Positions 29,835 to 37,530 of a stretch of 64,000 nt of DNA are shown piece by piece (position 1 is the first letter of the stretch; every line of letters begins with the position of its first letter). This DNA is from a bacterium (GTDB taxonomy: Bacteria; Zhuqueibacterota; Zhuqueibacteria; Residuimicrobiales; Krinioviventaceae): assembly GCA_963693055.1 (NCBI GenBank), contig OY843751.1, positions 2,464,001-2,528,000 on the forward strand, in the 5' to 3' direction. The position numbers and the translations under genes were made by a program. Below the pieces are notes generated by a model, which was not told where the DNA came from, did not search any database, and saw only the letters and a list, made by a program, of their open reading frames with translations.

Positions 29835-30169
29835 GAATCTTGAGATGGATTGTTGGATTCATTCTGATAACAGCTTTTTTTGTATACAATTTTGTTTTTT
29901 ATGATGGCCTTTTGCTCTTTAAACTGATCAATGTCAGTCTGTTTTGTACGTTGTTTGTGCTTTATAGAGTAATTGTAGGGCCTACACCAGCTGACCGAAT
30001 TGTTGCTGTTGATATTTTGGGTGTATTGATTGTGGGTATGCTTGCTATTCTTGGTATGTATTATGATCAAAATTTTTTCCTGGATATAGCCTTGATTTGG
30101 GCGTTATTGAGTTTTATTGCATCACTGGCTTTTTCAAAAATCCTTGAAGGGAGGCAGTTGGATGATTAG
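29831..30169 (+). CDS. mnhF: Mrp/Mnh antiporter subunit F (MbhB-like)
   Basis: RVIVGPTPADRIVAVD...DIALIWALLSFI. Confidence 0.9.
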   Translation: MRILRWIVGFILITAFFVYNFVFYDGLLLFKLINVSLFCTLFVLYRVIVGPTPADRIVAVDILGVLIVGMLAILGMYYDQNFFLDIALIWALLSFIASLAFSKILEGRQLDD

Positions 30170-30500
30170 AGAAAATATAGGCATGGTTTTTATTTTTATC
30201 GGCATTGCTTTTGATTTCTTTGGTGTGTTGGGACTCGTACGATTGCCGGATGTTTATAATCGGCTGCAAGCAGCAACAAAATGCGTAACCTTTGGATCAG
30301 CTGGTATATTGTTTGGCGTGTTTCTGATCTATGGATTTAACAATTTTGGATTCAAAGCTATATTGGGAATTATATTTATCTTTTTAACATCACCCGTTGC
30401 CGCGCATGTCATTTCACGAGCAGCACATCGCAGTGGAATTCCGTTAACCCCGGAAACAGTTATTGACGAGTATCAGAACGATAATGAATTAAAAGATTAA
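30162..30500 (+). CDS. mnhG: Mrp/Mnh antiporter subunit G (MbhC-like)
   Basis: GLVRLPDVYNRLQAATK and TSPVAAHVISRAA; ATG 30162 after GGAGG. Confidence 0.92.
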   Translation: MIRENIGMVFIFIGIAFDFFGVLGLVRLPDVYNRLQAATKCVTFGSAGILFGVFLIYGFNNFGFKAILGIIFIFLTSPVAAHVISRAAHRSGIPLTPETVIDEYQNDNELKD

Positions 30501-30530
30501 TTAAACATTAACCTCTTTTGGAGACGTTAT

Positions 30531-31133
30531 ATGTTTTTACCCAAATTACGTGAAATCAAAGAAGCGCTGACTTCCTTTTTCAGTGCGCCATATACAACAA
30601 AATTCCCGGCAGAACCGTTTACCGCGGCCAAAGAATATAGAGGTCATCCCCGCTATAATGCTGAATTTTGTATTGGTTGTGGTACTTGCTCTCAGGTATG
30701 CCCTTCAGGTGCCATATCATTTGAGGATGATATTAAAAATGCCACCCGAACTTTGACAGTGGATTATAATGTTTGTATAAATTGTGGGCAATGCCAGGAG
30801 CATTGTATTACTGAACGCGGCATAACTCTGACCAATGAGCACTCGCTGGCTTATATGGATAAAACAGTTCCTGAATCTAAAGAATCTTTGGAACGAGAGT
30901 TGGCAATCTGTGAAAGCTGTGGTAAAGTAGTTGCCTGTAAGAGTCATTTGGTTTGGATTAAAGAACGGCTTGGAGCCAAAGCATATGCGCACCCCAATTT
31001 TATACTGCAAACCCAGGAACAGTTTTTTAATCTTGATCCATATCATGTCAAAAGCCAGATCAGACGTGAAGACCAGTTTAAAATGGTTTGCGCAAAATGC
31101 AGGAATATGATTGTGGTTGTAGATGAATTTTAA
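30531..31133 (+). CDS. NuoI/HycF/MbhN-like 2x[4Fe-4S] hydrogenase subunit
   Basis: PYTTKFP...RG, CIGCGTCSQVCP, CINCGQCQEHC, plus extra CESC and CAKC pairs as in HycF. Confidence 0.9.
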   Translation: MFLPKLREIKEALTSFFSAPYTTKFPAEPFTAAKEYRGHPRYNAEFCIGCGTCSQVCPSGAISFEDDIKNATRTLTVDYNVCINCGQCQEHCITERGITLTNEHSLAYMDKTVPESKESLERELAICESCGKVVACKSHLVWIKERLGAKAYAHPNFILQTQEQFFNLDPYHVKSQIRREDQFKMVCAKCRNMIVVVDEF

Positions 31134-31596
31134 TGATTTAAAAACAGCGTTATCACCTTATTATCCCTCAGATATTGTATTTCTTGCCCTGGGCAATACT
31201 TTTAGAGGTGATGATGGTGTGGGAATTATTTTTACTCAATACTTGCAAAATACTCAAGAGTTTAGTTGTGCTAATTTTATCTTTGCATATACTACACCTG
31301 AAAATTATTTACAGCAGATTATTGAAATAAAGCCCAAATTGATTGTTTGTATTGACTCGGCCCGGATGGGGAGCGGGCCGGGGGATATTCAGTGGTTGTC
31401 TCCTTCAATGCTGGATTCATTCAGAATCAGCACTCATGCATTTTCAATTTTAATGATAGAAACGTATCTGAAAAATTTTACCCAGTCTCATTTTTTTTAT
31501 ATTGGGATTGAACCGCAACAAACCCTGCCGGATCAAGGCTTATCTCATATTGTAGAAAATCAATTGGCCCTTTTTTTTAAAACAGTTCTTGTATGA
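31123..31596 (+). CDS. Hydrogenase maturation endopeptidase (HycI-like)
   Basis: LGNTFRGDDGVG, TPEN, IDS, STH and GIEP; last gene of the operon. Confidence 0.9.
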   Translation: MNFNDLKTALSPYYPSDIVFLALGNTFRGDDGVGIIFTQYLQNTQEFSCANFIFAYTTPENYLQQIIEIKPKLIVCIDSARMGSGPGDIQWLSPSMLDSFRISTHAFSILMIETYLKNFTQSHFFYIGIEPQQTLPDQGLSHIVENQLALFFKTVLV

Positions 31597-31672
31597 TTTT
31601 TTTGCTGTTGATTAAGTGTTTTTCATGTTGTACATTTATTAATATAATCAAATTTTAAAAATTCCTTTAATT

Positions 31673-32473
31673 ATGAAATATCCCAACTCTACAATTTTCA
31701 CCATTGTCATGATTTTAGTAAATCTGCTTCTGGCTGGAGAAAAGAATACACATACAATTCTCCAGGAATGGCAGCTTATTTACAAGGAAAATAATGCTCA
31801 GGGTATTACGATTGTATATGATTTAAATAATGATCAGTATTATTATAATGATACAATTAGGGCCAGGAAACAATATTTACCTGCCTCAACATTCAAATTA
31901 CTCAACTCTTTAATTGCGCTTGAAACCGGTGCAATTAAAGATGAAAATGAAGTAATTAAATGGGATGGAGTGGATCGCGGAATTCCTCAATGGAACCAGG
32001 ACCATTGTTTAAAAACCGCCTTTTCCAATTCCGTTGTCTGGTTTTATCAGGAATTGAGTAGACGTATTGGTCGTAAACGCATGCAGCAATATGTAAAATT
32101 GTCAGATTATGGTAACCATGAAATAAACGGAGCATTAGATAGTTTTTGGCTTGATGGACAATTGCGAATAACTCCGCTTGAGCAAATTGAATTTCTAAAA
32201 CGGCTCTATTTTGAGCAATTACCTTTTTCCAAAAGAAATTTAGAAATTGTTAAAAGAATCAGTATTGTTGAACAAACCAATTCTTATACATTGCATGCCA
32301 AGGCGGGGTGGGCAACCAGTGTGTTTCCAAATGTTGGCTGGTGGGTGGGATATCTGGAGCAAGATAATAATGTATATTTTTTTGCTACAGAAATAGATAT
32401 ACTCGATCCACCGGATAGGGATAAAAGAGAAAAAATAACCCGGGAAATTTTAAAATCTATGAATCTTTTTTAA
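31673..32473 (+). CDS. blaOXA: Class D (OXA-like) beta-lactamase
   Basis: Signal peptide; PASTFK, SVVW, YGN, FWLDG, KAG (normally KTG), GWWVGY. Confidence 0.82.
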   Translation: MKYPNSTIFTIVMILVNLLLAGEKNTHTILQEWQLIYKENNAQGITIVYDLNNDQYYYNDTIRARKQYLPASTFKLLNSLIALETGAIKDENEVIKWDGVDRGIPQWNQDHCLKTAFSNSVVWFYQELSRRIGRKRMQQYVKLSDYGNHEINGALDSFWLDGQLRITPLEQIEFLKRLYFEQLPFSKRNLEIVKRISIVEQTNSYTLHAKAGWATSVFPNVGWWVGYLEQDNNVYFFATEIDILDPPDRDKREKITREILKSMNLF

Positions 32474-32520
32474 TAGATTTATGTTTAATAATATATACTT
32501 TATACATAGGGGAGTTTATC

Positions 32521-32967
32521 ATGTGCCGTTTTTTAATCTGCAGTATTGTCATTTCTTTGTTTTTCATTTCCTGTTCAGACAATGTTACCGATAAAGAAGA
32601 GGTGGGTGTTGATTTTGAATATCTGGGTATGCAAAATTCCGGGTGTCTCAAGCATGGATTGGAAAAGACAAACTCTGATCAAGTCTTTTTAAAAGATTGG
32701 TTTTATTCTCAAGGAGTTCTTGATCTATCAATTTACCATCTAGCCAATTGTTGTACGGATTTTCGTGATAGTGTTAATGTTAAGTCGAATACAATCGAAT
32801 TGTATTTACAAGATGTTCACCCAAATTGTCGCTGTATATGTGATTATACTACAGATTACTCGTTCCGGTTACCTGCGCCATCTGTATATAAAATTGAATT
32901 TTATTACAAAGGTTATCTGGCAGAAACCTATACCTGCACATTAGATACTATAATTCATGTTCAGTAA
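32521..32967 (+). CDS. Cys-rich lipoprotein, paralogue 1
   Basis: Lipobox FISC; YLGMQNSGCL, ANCC, CRCIC. Confidence 0.8.
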   Translation: MCRFLICSIVISLFFISCSDNVTDKEEVGVDFEYLGMQNSGCLKHGLEKTNSDQVFLKDWFYSQGVLDLSIYHLANCCTDFRDSVNVKSNTIELYLQDVHPNCRCICDYTTDYSFRLPAPSVYKIEFYYKGYLAETYTCTLDTIIHVQ

Positions 32968-33006
32968 GGTAAACCATTTTTAACTACTAGTTAATTGGGA
33001 TATAAT

Positions 33007-33453
33007 ATGTTAAGATCATATTTCTTCATGGCAGGCTTGACACTGCTCTTGTTTACAGAGTGTTCCAATATTGTGGATGATAATGAAACCCAAAAGTCTG
33101 TTGAATATTTGGGGATGCAGAATTCCGGATGCCTGCCAAATAGGCTTAATAAAACTGCTTTTAATGAGCCCTGTGTCTACGAATGGGATTATTTAAATGG
33201 TATTTTAAATCTCGGTATTTATCATTCTTCCAATTGCTGTCCAGATTTCCATGACAGTGTTGCTGTGAATGGCCGGCAGATTGAAATGTATTTAAGAGAT
33301 GATCTTGGGAATTGTTTGTGTATCTGCGAATATCATACGGATTATTCTTTTCAACTGACAGATTTGGGAGAGTATCGCATTTTGTTTTATTTTAAAAATA
33401 AAGCACAGCCTCATTATACTGCTTTAATTGATACTTTATTACACGTTAATTAG
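33007..33453 (+). CDS. Cys-rich lipoprotein, paralogue 2
   Basis: Lipobox-like FTEC; YLGMQNSGCL, SNCC, CLCIC. Confidence 0.8.
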   Translation: MLRSYFFMAGLTLLLFTECSNIVDDNETQKSVEYLGMQNSGCLPNRLNKTAFNEPCVYEWDYLNGILNLGIYHSSNCCPDFHDSVAVNGRQIEMYLRDDLGNCLCICEYHTDYSFQLTDLGEYRILFYFKNKAQPHYTALIDTLLHVN

Positions 33454-33481
33454 TTTTATTTTCAATTCAAAGGGTGTTGCC

Positions 33482-33931
33482 ATGTATAAAAAATTATTAT
33501 TTTTAGGCATAATGGGATTACTTTACTGGAGTTGTTCCGATATACTGGACAATGATAATGAAAAAAAGACAGTAACACAGTATCTGGGAATGCAGCATTC
33601 CGGATGTCTGAATGATGTTTTGAAAAAAACGACAAACCAGAAATTTTATCTTGGTGATTGGGATTATAATAAAGGTTTGCTTGTATTGGATATCAATTAC
33701 TATGCAAATTGTTGCTTAACATCATTTATTGATAGTGTGGATATGGATGAAAATGTCATTAATTTGTTTTTACGAGTGGAAGGCCAGGGTTGTTATTGTA
33801 CCTGCCCCTATACTATAGAGTATGCGTTTCAAAATACCAAATCTTTACCTTATAAAGTTTTGTTCCATTTGCAGGATCTTGGTAAAAAAGAATACACAAC
33901 CTTTATTGATACTTTGATATATGTGAAATAA
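33482..33931 (+). CDS. Cys-rich lipoprotein, paralogue 3
   Basis: Lipobox YWSC; YLGMQHSGCL, ANCC, CYCTC. Confidence 0.8.
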   Translation: MYKKLLFLGIMGLLYWSCSDILDNDNEKKTVTQYLGMQHSGCLNDVLKKTTNQKFYLGDWDYNKGLLVLDINYYANCCLTSFIDSVDMDENVINLFLRVEGQGCYCTCPYTIEYAFQNTKSLPYKVLFHLQDLGKKEYTTFIDTLIYVK

Positions 33932-34569
33932 TGAAAACAAGTAAATTATATTTTATTTTTGCTTTACTCTTGCTGATTTGCATTCCTTCGTTTGCACTTG
34001 AACCTGTTTCGGGGAAGGATTTTTCAAACAAGGTACTTTTTGAATTAAATCATGTTAGACAGAATCCTCAGGATTATATTCAATATCTTGAAGCTGTGAA
34101 AAAAAAATACAAGGGCATGTTTGTGCAAAAAGATGGAATTCTTTTCAAAACGCAGGAAGGCATTCAAGCTGTTACTGAAGCTATCAAATTTTTGCAAGCT
34201 GCAAAGCCTTTGCCGCCGCTTTTACTTTCAAATGGATTGTCAAGAGCAGCATTAGATCATGTTATACAACAGGGGATGGTAGGGCAAACGGGTCATACGG
34301 GTAATGATGGACTTACACCTGATAAACGAATACAAAAGTATGGATCCTGGCTTTATACTATGGGTGAGAATATTTCTTATGGCAGCAAAACACCCCGTAA
34401 AGTTGTACTTGATTTAATTATTGATGATGGGGTACCAAACCGTGGCCATCGGGCAAATATTTTTAATCAGGATTTCAAATTAACTGGTATTGCCTATGGA
34501 CCGCATACCCGTTATGATACTATTTGTGTTATAACATTTGCCGGAGGATTTGTAGAAACCTCTAAATAA
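33931..34569 (+). CDS. CAP/SCP-domain secreted protein
   Basis: ELNHVRQNP, LSRAALDH...GHTG, GENISYG, LIIDDGVPNRGHRANIFN. Confidence 0.88.
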   Translation: MKTSKLYFIFALLLLICIPSFALEPVSGKDFSNKVLFELNHVRQNPQDYIQYLEAVKKKYKGMFVQKDGILFKTQEGIQAVTEAIKFLQAAKPLPPLLLSNGLSRAALDHVIQQGMVGQTGHTGNDGLTPDKRIQKYGSWLYTMGENISYGSKTPRKVVLDLIIDDGVPNRGHRANIFNQDFKLTGIAYGPHTRYDTICVITFAGGFVETSK

Positions 34570-34598
34570 AAAAAGGCCGGTACGAAATGTCCGGCCTT
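34567..34598 (-). terminator. Intrinsic terminator with U-tract on the minus strand; may also serve the CAP gene
   Basis: A-run, then AAGGCCGG...CCGGCCTT hairpin. Confidence 0.75.
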
Positions 34599-34807
34599 AT
34601 CTATATAAAAATCATTGTCGGTGATATTGTTTGAATTCATCTCGCTAGCAACTTTGCGAATTCATTCAGGAAAAGGAGAAGGGAGTGCAGTATTTTTTAT
34701 TTTATCACCTAACTAACCAGCTTTCACATGTTATGTATGTCCACCGAACAATGATCAGGATTTTTTTATAACCTTTTTTTTATTTTCCTCCTGCTTTTAT
34801 TTTTATA

Positions 34808-34832
34808 ACGCATTAAATGCAGTCTTGTTTCA
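34808..34832 (-). promoter_or_regulatory. ECF sigma-type promoter (TGAAAC-N16-CGT)
   Basis: Minus strand reads TGAAAC AAGACTGCATTTAATG CGTTAT; AGGAGG follows at 34792-34787. Confidence 0.5.
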
Positions 34833-34941
34833 TAATTTTGTGTAAACTATTGTATAATTGGGAAATCGTGTTTTTAAATTCCGAATAATTAATTAATTGC
34901 GGTTTTATTCAAAAGCATTGCACAGGAATTGTTTTACATTT

Positions 34942-34985
34942 AAAAAAAGATCCATACAATGCAAGATCACAGTGTATGGATCTTT
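34942..34985 (-). terminator. Intrinsic terminator after the pseudogene
   Basis: AAAGATCCATAC...GTATGGATCTTT hairpin with a minus-strand T-run, directly after the stop at 34988. Confidence 0.75.
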
Positions 34986-34987
34986 AT

Positions 34988-35382
34988 TTATTGTTCACTT
35001 GATAGCACAAGAGAGCTGTAAAGATTATTAAAGAATTCCCTGTGGTCAGGAGCAGTTATGGATACTGTGCTCTCTTTTGGATTTTCTTTCATATTTGTTT
35101 TTACGAGATTGGCATTGATGCGAATAATTGAGGAATTGTTGTTTTTTCAAGTTTGGCATTTTCTTTTTCAACTTTAGCCATGTTCTAATCGGGATATTGG
35201 AATTTAAATTTTGTAAGTTGAAACATTGCGCTGTTTTTTAAACCGATATTGTCTGACTCTAATGCTTAAAGTAATTTACTTACTGCCATCTCTACCCGAG
35301 GGTTGGGGGCCGGTTTGGGTTAAGCGTATAAAATGCCGGTAAACAGAATACACACCATTGAAAAAATTACAATTTTCTTCAT
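34988..35382 (-). pseudogene. Decayed paralogue of the 131-aa secreted protein 36408..36803
   Basis: Translates as MKKIVIFSMVCILFTGILYA*PKPAPNPRVEMAVSKLL*ALESDNIGLKNSAMFQLTKFKFQYPD*NMAKVEKENAKLE/fs/KNNNSSIIRINANLVKT...EFFNNLYSS. This aligns with SLKSDNAGVRNSALYQ, QYPDYDLSKVEKE, IVRVNANLV and EFFTDLYNS. Three stops and one frameshift. Confidence 0.9.
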
Positions 35383-35440
35383 GATGCTTTCCTTTATATT
35401 GATAAAACAAATGATGCTGATGATGTTCTCATTATATTAG

Positions 35441-35465
35441 ACGGATTAATTTAAAAAATGTTACA
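35441..35465 (-). promoter_or_regulatory. ECF sigma-type promoter (TGTAAC-N16-CGT) of the pseudogene
   Basis: Minus strand TGTAAC ATTTTTTAAATTAATC CGTCTAA, ~60 nt before the ATG. Confidence 0.5.
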
Positions 35466-35484
35466 TTCAATAAATATTGCAATG

Positions 35485-35513
35485 TTGCCTTTTTTTCTAA
35501 ATTAGTGTATATT
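35485..35513 (+). promoter_or_regulatory. Possible sigma70 promoter of the acid phosphatase gene
   Basis: TTGCCT-17 nt-TATATT upstream of the GAGGTG RBS. Confidence 0.4.
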
Positions 35514-35540
35514 AGAAAAATTTATGTGTGAGGTGTTTTG

Positions 35541-36368
35541 ATGCGTTATTATAGCGGCCCTTTAATTGTACTAATTTTGTTTCTTTTTCTCAATATCTCT
35601 TGTCAAAAGTTGGATGTTTCTGCTACATTTGGTAAGGATGAGAATCCTAGTAATTTTATTGAAAGTTCTGTGTTATGGATACAACGCTCTGCTGAAGCAC
35701 GTGCATTGTATTATCAGACATTTGCTTTGGCAAAAATGCAGCTTGTTAACAGCCTTTCAACTTTTCACGGCAGCAAACCACCCGCTGTAATTGTTGATGT
35801 GGATGAAACTGTTCTTGACAATTCACCTTATGAAGCCATGTTGATAATTGATGATAAAGAGTATCCTAAATATTGGGATGATTGGATCGATTTAGCCGTA
35901 GCTAAACCTGTTCCCGGTGCTTTAGAATTTTTGTTATTTGCTGATTCAATGGGAGTAGATGTATTCTATATTACCAATAGAAATGAATCTCAAAAAAAAG
36001 GTACACTTTTAAATCTTATTCGTGTTGGCTTTCCTGATGCTGTGAGTGAACATCTTTTGGTAAAAACTGAAAGCAGCGATAAAACATCCCGTCGTCAAGT
36101 AGTTAGCCAGTCACATGAAATACTGTTGTTATGTGGAGATAATTTAGGTGATTTTGATCAGATTTTTCAGGAGAAATCTGTAACTGAACGTTCTGCAACA
36201 GTCGACAGTCTGAAACGCATGTTTGGAACTCGATTCATTATTTTACCGAATCCCATGTATGGAGATTGGATCGGTGCGGCTTATAACTATGATTATAGAA
36301 TTGAAAACAGCAAGAAAATTCAAATGAGGCAAAAGTTGCTGGATGTATATTCAAGGCCTATAAAATAA
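35541..36368 (+). CDS. 5'-nucleotidase, lipoprotein e(P4) family (class C acid phosphatase, HAD)
   Basis: Lipobox NISC; WIQRSAEARAL, DVDETVLDNSPY, YITNR, GDNLGDF, LPNPMYGDW. Confidence 0.92.
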   Translation: MRYYSGPLIVLILFLFLNISCQKLDVSATFGKDENPSNFIESSVLWIQRSAEARALYYQTFALAKMQLVNSLSTFHGSKPPAVIVDVDETVLDNSPYEAMLIIDDKEYPKYWDDWIDLAVAKPVPGALEFLLFADSMGVDVFYITNRNESQKKGTLLNLIRVGFPDAVSEHLLVKTESSDKTSRRQVVSQSHEILLLCGDNLGDFDQIFQEKSVTERSATVDSLKRMFGTRFIILPNPMYGDWIGAAYNYDYRIENSKKIQMRQKLLDVYSRPIK

Positions 36369-36399
36369 AAAAAGCCTGGTTTTTAAACCGGGCTTTTTT
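36367..36399. terminator. Bidirectional terminator between convergent genes
   Basis: AAAAAAAGCCTGGTTT/AAACCGGGCTTTTTT. Confidence 0.85.
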
Positions 36400-36407
36400 A
36401 TGATATT

Positions 36408-36803
36408 TTAAAAATCTTTATCGGGATAATAAATCGAATTATACAGATCAGTGAAAAATTCCTGAGGCTCAGCCGCTGCAAGATTTACCTGACTTTCTGC
36501 TACTTTGTCATTTAGAACAGTATCTACAAGATTAGCATTAACGCGTACAATAGCAGATTTGTCTTTTTGGGCTACTTTTTCAACTTCTTTTTCAACTTTG
36601 CTTAAATCATAATCCGGATATTGTGCCCTGATTTTAGCGATCTGATAGAGTGCACTGTTTCTTACGCCGGCATTGTCAGATTTTAGAGACATTAATAGAT
36701 TCTTTGCTGCAATATCTAATTGTGAACTCTTTGGGGCATCTTTTGCAAAAGATAAACCTGTTGCTAGCAATGTTACGATTAATACAATAAAAAGCTTTTT
36801 CAT
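36408..36803 (-). CDS. Small secreted helical (HEAT-like) hypothetical protein
   Basis: AGGAG RBS, signal peptide, LKSDNAGVRNSALYQ and DKSAIVRVNA HEAT-like patterns. Confidence 0.85.
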   Translation of the reverse strand: MKKLFIVLIVTLLATGLSFAKDAPKSSQLDIAAKNLLMSLKSDNAGVRNSALYQIAKIRAQYPDYDLSKVEKEVEKVAQKDKSAIVRVNANLVDTVLNDKVAESQVNLAAAEPQEFFTDLYNSIYYPDKDF

Positions 36804-36860
36804 GATGTTCTCCTATATGTTAGTTTTATTAATACATTTTGATGTTCTCTAACCGAATTA

Positions 36861-36885
36861 ACGTACAACCATTGAAAAAGTTGCT
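36861..36885 (-). promoter_or_regulatory. ECF sigma-type promoter (AGCAAC-N16-CGT)
   Basis: Minus strand AGCAAC TTTTTCAATGGTTGTA CGTTAA, ~60 nt before ATG 36803. Confidence 0.5.
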
Positions 36886-37087
36886 ATAATTTATGTAAAA
36901 CAATGTATCTGTAATTGAAAACAAGTATGTGTTTATTTTTGATTTGTACAATGTATTGATAAATATGGAATTACGATTGAATGAGTGGGGGGGAGATTTG
37001 ATTTTATTTTACAATTTACTTACATTTAATTTACCAAGGCAAGATAACAGAATGCTATTTGGGGTAAATGGATCGTGAACAATTTGT

Positions 37088-37119
37088 AAAGAATACCGGA
37101 TATTAATCCGGTATTCTTT
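37088..37119 (-). terminator. Intrinsic terminator after the DUF2892 gene
   Basis: Perfect 13-bp stem AAAGAATACCGGA/TCCGGTATTCTTT. Confidence 0.8.
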
Positions 37120-37316
37120 TAGGCAGCACCAGTATTTTTACGAATTGTAGAAAGTTTGAAAATCTTATATAGTGGGCAAACGTGGACAAGGCCGGTCAAG
37201 AGAGGTACAAGGCCTAAAAGGCCCCACCAGTTTTGGTAAAAAATACCTAGAGTTAGAATGATTGTACCTAAAACCAATCTAAATATCCTGTCTGTTGTAC
37301 CAATATTTTTATTCAT
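37119..37316 (-). CDS. DUF2892 (YgaP-like) small membrane protein
   Basis: NIGTTDRIFR...WWGLLGLVPLLTG...CPLY; AAGGAG RBS. Confidence 0.9.
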   Translation of the reverse strand: MNKNIGTTDRIFRLVLGTIILTLGIFYQNWWGLLGLVPLLTGLVHVCPLYKIFKLSTIRKNTGAA

Positions 37317-37447
37317 GTCAACTCCTTTCCGAATTTATTAAAATAACACATGAAAAACTTAAATATTCCCTCAAAATATCACAGAGAAATCATACAGTAG
37401 CATATTACTTGTTTATGAAAGAATTGTGAAATTTTAATGAAAATAAC

Positions 37448-37476
37448 TTGACATTTTATCAAAGATTTGTTAATAT
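37448..37476 (+). promoter_or_regulatory. Sigma70 promoter of the glycan locus
   Basis: TTGACA-17 nt-TAATAT with extended TG. Confidence 0.75.
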
Positions 37477-37490
37477 TCACTAACGGAGGT

Positions 37491-37504
37491 TGGAAGCGCT
37501 TCCA
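37491..37504. promoter_or_regulatory. LacI-family operator TGGAAGCGCTTCCA
   Basis: Perfect 14-bp palindrome with a central CG, just after the predicted +1 and upstream of a LacI gene. Confidence 0.8.
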
Positions 37505-37530
37505 CTGTTATCATAAAACAGGAAGCTATA

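Noticed and set aside
21724-31133. Respiratory complex I (nuo) or sulfane reductase MBS operon
   Set aside because: The large subunit keeps both Ni-binding CxxC motifs and a cleavable tail, and a maturation protease is encoded; there is no NuoEFG.
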